This document shows positions 36,201 through 49,194 of a stretch of DNA of 64,000 nt, in pieces. Where the stretch lies: assembly GCF_006345805.1 (NCBI RefSeq), contig NC_043003.1:27342001-27406000 (forward strand), written 5' to 3'. The translations under genes were made by a program, and so were the position numbers. Source of the DNA: Octopus sinensis. Taxonomy: Eukaryota. The first letter of the stretch is position 1. Each line of letters starts with the position of its first letter. A model generated the notes under the pieces. That model worked only from the letters and a program-made list of their open reading frames with translations, did no database searches and was not told the DNA's origin.

Positions 36201-36774
36201 ACATCTTAGTTGTAACTTGTTATGTTAATTCATGCATGGCAATCATTGTATTTTATAACAGAGAATAAATCGTTGCTCAGCAGTTCATTTCCATTTCAAG
36301 TTATATATCACTTTCCCATTTTCCTCATTTAATCATGCCCATTATATGTTCATTTGGTTTTCTTTGAAGTGAACTGGCTGAAGTAAATTTTTGTTAGTTA
36401 GTGTTCTGTGTGAGGTAGGAGGTGTTGTTATTTATACCTATGTGCTGCTGACCTTGATTTCACCCCAGTCATTGTCTGAAATTCCTGTGTGCATAATTTT
36501 AAATTCTGAGTGCAGTGTTAGTACTGAAGTGTTTTTGTTTGTTTAAATTCATTGAATACTGATCATTGTGGTCAGTATATTAATCTGAAACCCAACTGAG
36601 AGCTAACACAGGATGTGGTTTTCAAAGCTCTGGCCAGTCAGTAGCCAAAGAAACAGATCTCAACTCAATTCAGAATAGATATAATTTTCTTCATTTCCAG
36701 TCTCAAAACCTCCAAAATTTACAATTTTATAATCACTTTGCAATCATTGGAAGATACAGTTCACTCAATGGATT

Positions 36775-37500
36775 AAAAGTCAGTTTCAATCTTGCTTGCT
36801 TGCTTGTAATGTTACTCAGCAAAACTGCCACATAATGGAAAAATATCATGAATTAAGTTTAACCTTAAATGTTAATACGAATCGAATGAAACAAGTTTTG
36901 CATAAACTGGTAAAGAAGTTTTCAAGATATTAGACATTTTCATGTTATAAATAATGGGAAAATATTCTGAAAATAATCTTCAGCCTGAAAGGGAAGAAAC
37001 TCTTATCTTTCTATTAGACAGTGAGTTGACAATGAAAAAAAAAGGTGATTTTTTTTTTATTACAATTTCTATCGTAGCGTTTGTTAAACACAATATTTTA
37101 ATCATATAGAAATATTTCTAAGTGAATGTGATTTCAAAACTGTAAGCTGTTTGTACAGTATGTATATTTTAGCTTTCTTTAAACAGGCAATATTTAGATG
37201 TTTTTAAAAATTATATTCAAGTGAATACCATTACAAAAATTTTTTTGGCATATTTAAAAACTGTTTTAAAGTGAAAATGACTTTAAAAATACAGTAGATA
37301 TTTTGTAAAAGACCTGTTTGTAACCTCAGTGTGAAATAGTTTTTCCCAAGTGCATTCAACGTATCTCCCCTCCAAAGATTTCGCTGCTACTTCTAGCATG
37401 CCCTGCTACCATGTAACAGCTATTTGCAATAAAGGTCCCAAAATACCTGTTACGTGGTAGCAGGGCGTGCTAGAAATAGCAGCCAAATCTTTCCAACCCA
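36775..37500 (+). repeat. Unclassified ~730-bp repeat with terminal hairpin
   Basis: Inverted second copy at 40870-41570; both end in a ~100-nt hairpin. Confidence 0.8.
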
Positions 37501-37799
37501 TGAAACAAAACTCTGTTGCTGGGAAACTCATATATACCCACACACTTTTATTTTTTGCATATATCAACAATAAACTTTCTTACAGCACATACACGATTAT
37601 ATATTAGATCCTTTAATAATGTTCCTCTACTGAACATGGCCAGCAACATTCTAATACTCCACTGGACACAAGATGAAATTGGTACTCTGATTAACAGATG
37701 GTACACTCATCATAATGATGGTGAAACATCTAACTTTTACTACAAAATTGCCGACAAATTAACTTTGCAGTCCTTTCATAGAATAGAAAGGCAAATTGG

Positions 37800-38790
37800 A
37801 AAATAAAATCTGAAAAGTTGACTTCTGGTGTACCACAGGGATCCGTTCATGGACCCCTACTGTTTATAGCATATATCAATGACATAGATGCCAACCTGAG
37901 GAATGTTACAGTGCTGAAATATGCAGATGATGGTAAGCCATGCCTCAAAATAAAAAGAACAGATCCTATGCACTATAAATCTTTATAGCAATAAGACCTG
38001 GATACAATGTAGTAATGGATCTCTGACTGAGAAGTGCGTCACCATGTATTTTGGGAGGAAAAACGAAACCTTTACATATTCTCTCAGCAATACCAATTTC
38101 AAGAAGTTTTCTAGTGAATGTGATCTGGGTATTATTGTAAGCAGCATTCTGCGTTGGACAAACCACATCTCTAAGATTGTCGAGAAGACTGAAGGTGTGC
38201 TAGGATCACTCAGTAAGACCTTTGTCAGCTGCTCTCCAGTCATCTGTTTAGAATTGTATATGGCAACGGTACGACCACACTTAGAATTTGCAACACCAGT
38301 TTGACACCCCTATCTTGCTCACCATATAAATCTCCTGGAAACTGTTCAGAAATGTGCAGCAAAACGAATACCCACTGTCAGTCATTTGCCATACTCTGAA
38401 CATTTTGCTTCCCCAGGCATGGACACATTGAAGTGCAGATATCTGGCAACTGACTTGGTAAGACACCCACAAGATTATCAACCATCTTTCCAACAACAAT
38501 CTTTGCCACCTTTTTGAACTCCACATGTCAAACATTCTCGGACATGCTCACAAAATCAAAAAACAACACAGTACCCATGACTTTCGGAAACATTTATTCA
38601 CACTTAGAATTGTTGAAGCATGGAATAAACTACCCGCATCAGTTGTTAGCTGTCGAAACACTACATCCTTCAAAATTTCCATGCTTCTTGAAATCTGCCA
38701 AAGGTACACCTGATGACCTTCTCTCTCTCTCTCTCTCCTTAGTTGTAGTGCACCTGAGCACTATATACAACAATTTCTTTCTTTCATTAT
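37800..38790 (+). mobile_element. CR1-clade LINE, 5'-truncated, degraded
   Basis: SGVPQGS..GPLLF, YADD, RPHLEFA, RIVEAWNKLP; stops and frameshifts. Confidence 0.9.
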
Positions 38791-39919
38791 ATACCTTCCA
38801 AACTCACACACACACACATAAAACCACTGGCATGTCTGTGTGGTAAGAAATTTGATTCTTAACAGCGCTTGGTTCTGGATTCAGATTTATTGAGTGGGTT
38901 GCCCCAGTAACATAGGTGTTTGGCATAAGATAGAATAAGGGCTCTTTTCTGCTTGGCTGTCAATTTTTAATCTCTTCAATTTCTGTTTGAATTGATTTTA
39001 TGTTCAGTGTAATGATATAGTTTTATATGCTAACCACTGCTGTGAAATTCATTTTCCCTATAAATCAATAGGTAAAGAGTTAATTGTTTCTAAAGTTTGT
39101 GAATCTTTAAACCAATCATAAGTCACAGATGCATTTATCCTTGTTTCCATAGTAACAATCTAAACATAAGAACTCTTTTGTCTATGAGATAGCACATGTG
39201 GACAAATATATTCAACTCACTGAAGTGGTGTGCTAAAAATAACAGCTAAATAGGCCTTAAATTACGCACCCCCCAATTTATTTTTTGGTTTTTGCATAAT
39301 CGCATGAAGTTCCATGGCAATAAGAAATATAAGTTCAGCTATGCGGTGAATATTGCAGCAAGTGCTATTGGTGTGCATAGCTGTCAAGATCCAGCCACGT
39401 GGTGAATATTGCAGTGACAGAAAGAATGTGAAAAGCAGAGGAAAAGTCATGATTGCCACAGCAAGTCACAAACGGAATTCAAATTACTCACTAGTAATTT
39501 AAATGCAAGTCTCCAACATTGGGTTCACCACTTTAGTGAGAATTAATGTGTACATGTTTGGTCGATAATGTGATGATTAGATGTGGGCTGCATGTAAATG
39601 AGAATAAACACTCCCTAAATATATTAGAACAATTTTTATTTCGGTGAAGATTCCTTGCAAGATGTACAAAAGGTGGAGTAATGTTACAGAGAGCTGAGTT
39701 GAAGGACCTACTGGAAGGTAGAATGGTTCATCATGGCTTGGTAGAATAGGTAGCAAGCTCTGTGTTAGCAGGGCATGGAGCTTTTAGTCGTCAGGTTAGC
39801 TCCTGATGCCGTGAAGTTCTGAGAGCTGTAGTGACCAAAGGAGAGAACTTCCCAACTCGTTTTTTTGTCTGGAACCCTCCAGACTCAACTCAACTCACCA
39901 ACCATTCCTAAATGTTTTT

Positions 39920-40497
39920 AAATTTTGCAAATTTTGAGTAATTTAAGTCAATGCCTCCATTCATCTTCACACACATTTTCAGATTCAACACAGAGGTCTA
40001 CATCAAGTGTCTGGAGGAGATAGTGCTGCCCTGAGTCAAGAGGGTGGTGAGACCCCATGTCTGGCAACAGGACTCTGCACCATGCCACACAAGCAGAAAA
40101 ACCAAGTTATGGCTATCAGACGATTTCTGCGACCACATCACCCCTAATATCTGGCCACCAAACTCCCCAGACTGTAACCCTCATGATTATTATGTGTAGG
40201 GTGCAGTTGAACAAGAGACCAACAAAACTCCTTGTAACACCAAAAATGAACTGAAGGCAAGGATTATGGCAGCATTCACCAACTTAAACAAGAAGATCAT
40301 CCAGAAGTGTTGCAGGAGATTCTGAAGTCATCAGGAGGCCATGGTTGAAGCCAATGGCGATTGTATTGAATAAATTTACTCTTTAGTATTTCAAGATATT
40401 TTTATGTAATTTTGGTAACTATATCTGTTAAAATGAGATGTCAGTGTTATTTTCATTTTTGTATACTTTAGATGATGGTTTATTCACCACACCCTAT
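39920..40497 (+). mobile_element. maT (DD37D) Tc1/mariner relic
   Basis: QQDSAPCH...WPPNSPDCNP.DY; homologous to 52597-53440. Confidence 0.8.
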
Positions 40498-40685
40498 ATA
40501 TACTTCTCACATGCATTCTTACTATAGGAAAGAAATAGAATAATAAGGTAAAAAAAAATATATATATATATATATATTGGCCTGCTCGCTTAGCCAGCGG
40601 GGTGGCGTCACTTGAAGGCTAAAACAATGCGAAGCTCATTGTGACCAGCGATGTGTAGCAACATCTGATAGCCTGGCCGGTCACA

Positions 40686-40739
<54 letters not shown>

Positions 40740-40869
40740 TATCTTAGACTATCCGTAGCCTGTTGGGTCACCGGGAAACTGAGTTTTGTTTCGTGTTTTT
40801 TTTTCTTTTCCAGGTTATTTTGCATGCTTTCAACGAATGTGACACCAAAATCATGCCTAAACAGCCCCT

Positions 40870-41568
40870 TAGAAAAGGAAAGGTTAGGCTGCTATTTCTT
40901 GCATGCCCTGCTACCACGTGACAGGTATTTCGGGTCCGTTAGTGCATATAGCTGTTACGTGGTAGCAGGGCGTGCTAGAAATAGCAGCCAAATCTTTGGA
41001 GGTGAGGTACGTTGAATGCACTCGAAAAAACCTGTTATGAACGGGTCTTTTACAAAATATTTATCGTATATTTAAAGTCATTTTCACTTTAAAGTATTTT
41101 TAAAATATGCTAAAAAAATGTTTTTGTAATGGTATTCACTTGAAAATAATTTTAAAAAAGCATTAAAATATTGTCTGTTTAAAGAAAGCTATAATATAAA
41201 TACTTACTGTACAAGTACCTTACATTTTTGAAATCACATTCATTTAATAATATTTCTAAATGATAAAAATATTGTGTTTAACAAAAATGAAAATAGAAAC
41301 ATATACTGTTCAAAACTTGTATTTTTTTTGTTGTCAAGTCATTGTGTCTAATAGAAAGATAAGAGTTTCTTCCCTTTCAGGATGAAAATTATTTTCGGAA
41401 TATTTTCACATTATGCTCCATTTTGGGTGTTTATACCCAAAAAGCTCTAATATCTTTTAAAGCTACTTTTCTGATTTAAGCAAAACTTGTTTTATTCCAT
41501 TCGTATTAACATTTTAGGGTAAACTTAATTGGGTAACTTTACAAGCAGGCATGATTCAAACTGACTTT

Positions 41569-41570
<2 letters not shown>
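40870..41570 (-). repeat. Second copy of the unclassified ~730-bp repeat
   Basis: Reverse complement of 36775-37500. Confidence 0.8.
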
Positions 41571-41594
<24 letters not shown>

Positions 41595-41600
<6 letters not shown>

Positions 41601-42525
41601 GTGTACAGTGCTCAGGTGCACTACAACTCATCTAAAGTGTATATATAATCAGGTGTAGTTTCGACGGATTTCGGGAAGCATGAGGGCCTTAAAGGATACA
41701 GTGTCATGGCAGTCAACAACTGATGCAGGCAGTTTATTCCACGCTTCAGCAACCCTGAGCGTGAAAAAATGTTTCCGAAAGTCATGGGAGCTGTGCTGTT
41801 TTCTGACTTTGTAGGCATGTCCACGTGTGTTAGACACATGGAGATCAAAAAGGTGTTCAGTGTTGTTGTTGGTGAGGTGGTTGATAACCTTGTGGGTGTT
41901 TACCAAGTCCGTCGCCAGACGCCGGAGCTTCAGTGAATCCATGCCCAGGGAAACAAGGCACTCAGAATATGGTAGGTGTCTGATGGAGGGTATGCGTTTG
42001 GTTGCACGTCTCTGGACAGATTCCAGGAGGTCAATGTTCTGAGCAAGATAGGGATTCCAAACTGATGATGCGAATTCCAAGTGTGGTCGTACCATAGCTG
42101 TATACAGTTTTAAATAGATGGCTGGAGAGCGGCTAACAAAAGTCTTGCTGAGTGATGCCAAGACACCCTCGGCCTTCTTGACAATTTTAGAGATATGCTT
42201 TGTCCAACGCAAATCACTGCTGACAGTGATGCCTAGGTCACGCTCGCAAGAGGATTTCTTGATATCAGTGTTGTGGAGGGAGTATGTGGACGCAGGGTTT
42301 TTTCTCCCAAAATGCATGGTGGTACACTTGTCCACAGCCAGTTTCAGTTGCCAGTCTGTGATCCATTGCTGCATTGTGTCTAGGTCTGATTGCAGGAAAG
42401 AGTTGTAGACATCAGGATCAGTCCTCTTGATTTCAAGGTACAGCTTGATGTCGTCTGCATATTTCAATACTGTGGAATTCTTTAAATTGGCATCTATGTC
42501 ATTAATGTATGCCACAAACAGGCAT
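41595..42525 (-). mobile_element. CR1-clade LINE 3' part, open 288-codon frame
   Basis: YADDIKLY, ERDLGITV, RPHLEFASSVWNP, ESVQRRATK, VAEAWNKLP; (ATT)n tail. Confidence 0.95.
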
Positions 42526-42549
42526 TATATATATATATATATATATATT

Positions 42550-42805
42550 ATACTTTTATTTGTTTCAGTCATTTGACTGTGGCCATGCTGGAGCACCGCC
42601 TTCAGTCGAGCAAATCGACCCCAGGACTTATTCTATCGGTCTCTCTTGCCGAACCGCTAAGTGACGGGGACGTAAACACACACACACACACACATATGTA
42701 CGACGGGCTTTTTTCAGTTTCCGTCTACCAAATCCACTCACAAGGCTTTGATTGGAAGCATGTGGTTGCTAAGCAAGCTACTTGCCACACAGCCACTCCT
42801 GCGCC
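42550..42805 (-). mobile_element. SINE, internally deleted
   Basis: Same family as 33915-34320. Confidence 0.85.
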
Positions 42806-42949
42806 TATAATATATATATATATATATAAACTCCCAGGCCAAAGCTAAAATTCCTGAGGTGTAAAAAATCCAAGTTTCACAATGATCACACCGTAAAGTG
42901 GGTTTGGTGAAAAGTAGATAATCCAAATGGACAAAGAAAATTCCATATG

Positions 42950-43395
42950 ACATCTTTGATGATCCATTACAATTGTTTCTGTACCCACTCTAACTGTAAT
43001 GACAGTTTAAGCAACAACTCAAAGTGAAAATTTACATAATGTTTGCGTTATTCTTCTCCTTCACTTTCTTCTTCTTCTGCTTGTTTTTCTTCCTCGTCCT
43101 CCTCCTTATTCTTCTTCGTATTTTTCTTCTAGCCCCTCCCCTCCTGCCACATAATCTCTACCCTGCTTACTCATTCCATAACTGCACTTTTTTTTTTTTA
43201 GCTCCCACCAGTTATAAGCCAAAAACAAAAATGGTCTGGAAAATGCACAGTATAACTGCAGACCTTTGATGTAAGTCTGAAGAAGCGCCTCTCTAATATC
43301 TAAAACTGCAAGCATTACATAAATTTTCATTTTGAATTTTTGCATAAACTCGCATTGCAAACAGAGTTGATACAGAGATTGCAAGATCTTGGGAA
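42950..43395. mobile_element. Old MITE-like inverted repeat
   Basis: 42950-43050 is inversely similar to 43290-43395; a further arm lies at 55855-55950. Confidence 0.55.
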
Positions 43396-43571
43396 TGTAT
43401 TATGCAAATATACATTTTTTATTACCACCCATGTGATGTTCTATTGCACTTTTTCTTCCTTGAGTTTCCAGATCGGGTCAGCAAGTGATATACAGTATCT
43501 CTTATTAATGTTTTTTCTTTAAAAAAAAATGCAATATGGTTCTGATCTTGATTTTTGAGGCAATCAGTAGT

Positions 43572-43875
43572 TGCAATGGCCCAGTGGTTAGGGCAGTGGA
43601 CTTGCAGACAGAGGATCGCGGTTTCGATTCCCAGACCGGGCGTTGTGTGTGTTTATTGAGCGAAAACACCTAAAGCTCCACGAGGCTCCGGCAAGGGGTG
43701 GTAGTGACCCCTGTTGTACTCTTTCGCCCCAACTTTCTCTCACTCTTTCTTCTTGTTTCTTGAGTAACACTGCAATTGACTGGCATCCTGTCCAGCTGGG
43801 GGGGGGGACACATACGCCATAGAAACCAGGCCCACGAGCCTGGCTAGGCTTGAAAAGGGCGCATAAATAAAATAA
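43572..43875 (+). mobile_element. Full-length tRNA-derived SINE
   Basis: A box tggcccagtgg, B box ggtttcgattcc, A-rich tail. Confidence 0.9.
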
Positions 43876-45933
43876 AAAAGTAGTTGCATCAGTATATACA
43901 AGTGCATTTGCTACTGTTCTCACTGTACATTTATATATTATCTTCTTACAATGGTATTCATTTTCCAGAGCATGTGTGTTCCTGTCCTTACAACTACAAT
44001 TCTTTACCACATTGTCTTCCAATCAATCACAACCAGTCTTTCTTCCACTTCTAACTTTTCCTTTAGTGTTTTTGTGGTTATTATTAGTGCTCTTAGTATA
44101 CTCTTCTTTGTTGCTGTTTCCATTACTACTATCACCAAGATTTTCAGCATTTCAGTTATTACTCATATTATTTTTACCATCGTCTATTTCTATTAGAATT
44201 ATTTGGAGTGCTTGATTTCTTTCTGCTTTACTTCTGCAATCCTTATCAGAAGGATTATTTTTATTTTTACCCCCACTAATGGCGTTAGTGATCTCCTAGT
44301 TTATCTTTCTATTTTCAGTTTATGAATATGATATTCTAAGTTATTAGATGCTGCCTAATATAATTTCAATGTATGTTCATTAAAAATCTTGTGGTATTTA
44401 TTAGATTTAGGAGAGTGCCTATCCAGCAAAGCAAAGAAGTCCTGGCAATCTTGATAGTGAGCAGGCAGAACTATTAAGCACAACGGACAAAATACTTAAC
44501 AGTTCTTTACATTCTGAGTTCAAATCTCATTGAGGTCAACTTTACCTTTGATCCTTTCAGGTTGATAAAAAATAAAGTACCAGTGAAGTAATGTTGTCCC
44601 ATCTCCTCAAAATTGATGGCCTTGAGCCAAAATGAGAGAATCATTAAACTGGTATTTGGAACATAAATTATCTGGAAATTTTGATGGAATGTTTTAATTT
44701 AGATCATTTTAAAGCATAAAATTGTTATCATAGACACAAAGGTAACTTCAGGAGAGTTGGTATCAAAAGGGTTAAATAAATATGACACTTGTTTATCACT
44801 GGTGTGAAGGTGTGTGGCCAACTGTTGGGCTCAGAATGATAAGATTGTAGGGCTCCTTCATCAGCTAGTCTAAGGTGAAGTTTATGTAAAAAGAAAAAGT
44901 GTTCACCTTGAGCCTACAGGTTCATGAAGCTTGTAGATTCAAGGTGGATTTTCAAAGTGTTTAGGCTGAGCTTTTGATTTGAGACAAAGGGAGAAGACAG
45001 CCAACATAGTCAAGTGTCTTCTATCTTAGTCGCCAAATCATAATCTTGTGAGTGAAGTTACATCAACAAAAGCTATGCAGAAGTCTATTAGATGGGCTGT
45101 GCCTGTTTTAGAGTTCTATATGTAATCTGTTGCTTAGTTATTAAACATCAGCAACTGTGAACATTTAGCAGAGTCCACTCTGTTGCATTCAAAGCAGATT
45201 TCTAGTCTAAGGATATCCTGTTCAAAATGAACATTTCTACTGTTAGCTTCAAACCAGCTGAAAAATAAGTGTCAATTTCATCAAGAGTTTACAAAGAGTG
45301 CTGGTTGTAAACAAATTGTGTTACAAATAACTCATTGTTATCTATGACATGAGAACATCATTTGGCAGATGAACCTGACTTAAAGCTACAGTTCTTTCCC
45401 ATTTAGTTTGAGACTGGTTTCATAAATGTTTCTCATTAGTTTATAATATTAGAATTACATATGAATTTGCTCTGTACTCTTTATATTGAGTGCTCTATAT
45501 TTTCTTATTGATACTTGTTCAAAATGGGATGCCAGATGACACTAAGAATCATTTTTGCATAATTTAGATGACAGTTTATTCACTACGCTCTGTATATATA
45601 TATTTATATACATATATAAACTCCAGATGACACTAAGAATCACTTTCAGCTAAGTGTATTGGAGTAATGCAAAGTGAAAGACCTTACTTAAGGACATGTG
45701 CCATCTGGTTTGAGAAATGAACCCATGATCTAATTATCATGATAATGGTTACTACTGTAACTATTAGGTCTTCATCAGTTAACTAATATCAAAAAAACAT
45801 TAAGTTGCTACAAACTTAGGTGTAGTCAGTTTTTCTCTACTTATGTAGTCAGTATTTGCATTTTGATTCAAAAGTCTAACTTCCCATGGAGGTGGGGCAA
45901 ACTTGCCTGTACTTTAGCTATCATATATATATA

Positions 45934-45966
<33 letters not shown>

Positions 45967-45979
45967 GATATATATATAG

Positions 45980-46007
<28 letters not shown>

Positions 46008-46011
<4 letters not shown>

Positions 46012-46235
46012 TTAGGGAGTATATCCAAACTTACAGGGAAAAATTAGATTTAGGATTAGATCAAATTTCACAGTATAAAAATAAATTAAATTAGAGATAA
46101 AACAACTATTATTATATTAATGTAATATTGTATATTACATTAATTATATTTATTTATTGTTTTTTTAATGTTTTCGTTAATGTCTATCACTGTTTAAGTT
46201 GCCTGATAGTGGTTTTATCTCTAATTTAATTTATA
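46008..46235. mobile_element. AT-rich element terminus with inverted copy
   Basis: 46008-46115 matches 49755-49870; inverted motif tagtggttttatctctaattt at 46207-46227. Confidence 0.55.
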
Positions 46236-46242
46236 TATATAT

Positions 46243-49192
46243 AGATTAGTAGTTAGCGACTTCAGGATCAGAGCTAAATGGTTGCCCAGAAGAAGACCAG
46301 CTTGGAGGAGAAGGGTCTGGAAGCTTAAAGATCCTGCAAATGGACAGAGATTTAGAGACATACTACTCGAAGCCTCTGACAAAATAGAAGGGGATATAGC
46401 TTCACTTAATGTGGAAGACAACTGGAGATTCCTACGGGACAATCTGCTGACAGCCACTGACCAGATCTGTGGATGGAGCAAAGTACCATCTCGACCCAGA
46501 GTAACATGGTGGTGGAACACTGTGGTTGACAGGGCTATTAGACAAAAGAGACAGGCTTGGAAGGACTGGAAGAACGGTGGTAGCAGGGAATTGTATCAGA
46601 CAGCCAAAAGGGAAGCTAGGAGACAGGTTTATTTAGCCAGAGGGGAAGCGGATAAGAAAAAATTTGCCAATGTTCTGAGCCGTGAGGATGAAAGACTTGA
46701 GGTATTTCGTGTTGCAAGACAGTGTGTGAGAGAGAATCGTGATGTGGTAGGAGAGAAGTGTGTTCGCATGGATGATGGTTCACTTGCGCTAAATGAGGAT
46801 GCAAAGAGAGAGGTTTGGAGATGCCACTATGAAAGGTTGCTGAATAAAGAAAATGAATGGGATAAAGAGAGTCTGCCGAATGTTGACCCAACAGAGGGAC
46901 CAGCTATCCGAGTTGATAGTTCCGTGATAGCTAAGGCAATTAGAAGCATGAAGACAGGGAAAGCCCCAGGCCCATCAGGAATTACTGCAGAGATGCTCAA
47001 AATATCTGGCAGTGTCGGCTATAACCTAGTCACCCGTATAGTCAACCAGGTGATACACAAAGGAGTCATACCCAATGACTGGTGTAGCAGCATACTAGTC
47101 AACTGCTACAAAGGTAAAGGTGATGCCCTGGATACAAATAATTACAGAGGTATCAAGCTGTTGGATCAGGTAATGAAGGTTACGGAGAGGGTCATAGCCC
47201 AACTAATTAGAGAGAGAGTTAGTTTAGATGAGATGCAGTTTGGGTTTGTCCCAGGGAAAAGCACCACTGATGCTATATTCCTGGTAAGGCAGCTGCAGGA
47301 GAAATACCTAGCCAAAGATAAGCCCCTGTACCTGGCTTTCGTTGACATGGAGAAAGCCTTTGATAGGGTCCCCCGATCCCTCATCTGGTGGTCAATGAGG
47401 AAACTAGGGATAGATGAATGGCTGGTGAGGGCTGTGCAAGCCATGTACAGAGATGCCGTAAGTAAGGTTAGAGTTGGCAGCATGTACACAGAAGAATTCA
47501 AGGTAGAGGTTGGGGTCCACCAGGGTTCAGTACTCAGCCCCCTCCTATTTATCATAGTCCTCCAGGCAATTGTGGAGGAATTCAAGACAGGTTGCCCCTG
47601 GGAGCTCCTCTATGCTGACGACCTCGCTCTAATCGCTGAGTCACTATCAGAACTGGAGGAGAAGTTCCAGGTGTGGAAGGAGGGTTTAGAATCGAGGGGC
47701 CTTAGAGTCAACCTAGCTAAAACCAAAGTACTAATAAGTAGAAAGTTAGAAAATCCACAAATATCCTCAGGAAGATGGCCCTGCTCGATCTGTAGAAAAG
47801 GTGTAGGTAGAAACTCTATAAGATGTACCCAGTGTAAGCTATGGACACATAAGAGGTGCAGCAATGTCAAAGGTAGGCTAACTGGGAAGATAGTTTTTGT
47901 ATGTGGCAGATGCTCTGGAGCATTGACCTCCGAAAATCTGCAGAAAACAACTTCCGTCACTTTCCAGGGGGAAAAACTAGAAGTAGTTGATAGCTTCCGC
48001 TATCTAGGTGACCAAGTCAGTAGTGGGGGCGGGTGCGCTGAAAGTGTAACTGCTAGAATAAGAATAGCCTGGGCAAAGTTTAGGGAGCTCTTACCTCTGC
48101 TGGTGACTAAAGGCCTCTCACTCAGAGTAAAAGGCAGACTGTATGATGCATGTGTACGAACAGCTATGCTACATGGCAGTGAAACATGGGCCGTGACTGC
48201 TGAGGACATGCGTAAGCTTGTGAGGAACGAAGCCAGTATGCTCCGATGGATGTGTAATGTCAGTGTACTTACTCGACAGAGCGTTAGTACCTTGAGAGAA
48301 ATGTTGTACCTAAGAAGCATCAGTTGTTGTGTGCAAGAGAGACGATTGCGCTGGTATGGTCATGTGGCGAGAATGGATGAAGATAGGTGTGTGAGAAAGT
48401 GCCAATCCCTAGCAGTTGAGGGAACCCGTGGAAGAGGTAGACCCAGGAAAACCTGGGACGAAGTGGTGAAGCACGACCTTCGGACGTTAGGTCTCACCAT
48501 GGAAATGACTAGAGACCGAGACCTATGGAAGTATGCTGTGCGTGAGAAGACCCGGCAAGACTAGTGAAGCCATAATCCGTGGCCCCTACCTGGGACGTAG
48601 TCAGTCCACCTGTGCATACCTTCCTTCTTGTGACACTTGTGAAGACCTGTTGAGGCAAGTGAGAATCGAATCGAATCAAATCAAATCAAATCGAACCAAA
48701 TCAAAATAGATGAACATCAATGGAATTTGTATCCTTGTGGTACCAGTGCCGGTGGCACATAAGAAAACCATCCGAACGTGATCGTAGCCAGTACCGCAAT
48801 GACTGGCCTCCGTGCTGAGGGCACGTAACAAACACCATCCGAGCGTGGCCGTCTGCCAGCCCCGTCTGGCACCTGTGTCGGTGACACATAAGAAAACACC
48901 ATCCGAGCGTGGCCGTCAGCCAGCCTCGTCTGGCACCTGTGTCGGTGGCACATAAAAAACACCATCCGAGCGTGGCCGTCTGCCAGCCTCGTCTGGCACC
49001 TGTGTCGGTGGCACATAAAATCACCCACTACACTCTCAGAGTGGTTGGCGTTAGGAAGGGCATCCAGCTGTAGAAACACTGCCAGATCTGACTGGCCTGG
49101 TGCAGCCTTCGGGCTTGCCAGACCCCAGTTGAACCGTCCAACCCATGCTAGCATGGAAGGCGGACGTTAAACGATGATGATGATGATGATGA
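46243..49192 (+). mobile_element. RTE-clade LINE, 5'-truncated, intact frame and complete 3' UTR
   Basis: Open frame 46243-48564 (track gives 760 aa from 46282): full RT, C4HC3 finger at 47782-47913, GRPRKTW; 3' UTR with 63-64-bp repeats; (GAT)n tail. Confidence 0.97.
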
Positions 49193-49194
49193 TA

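Noticed and set aside
43900-44290. ~130-codon N/K/S-rich minus-strand frame with two TGA stops (possible editing read-through)
   Set aside because: Purine-rich low-complexity composition explains it; no domain, no good splice acceptor.
47166-48320. Antisense ORFs over the RTE and CR1 copies
   Set aside because: Shadow frames of real coding sequence on the other strand.
48826-49020. CRISPR-like regular repeats
   Set aside because: Contiguous tandem units with no unique spacers, eukaryotic context, inside an RTE 3' UTR.
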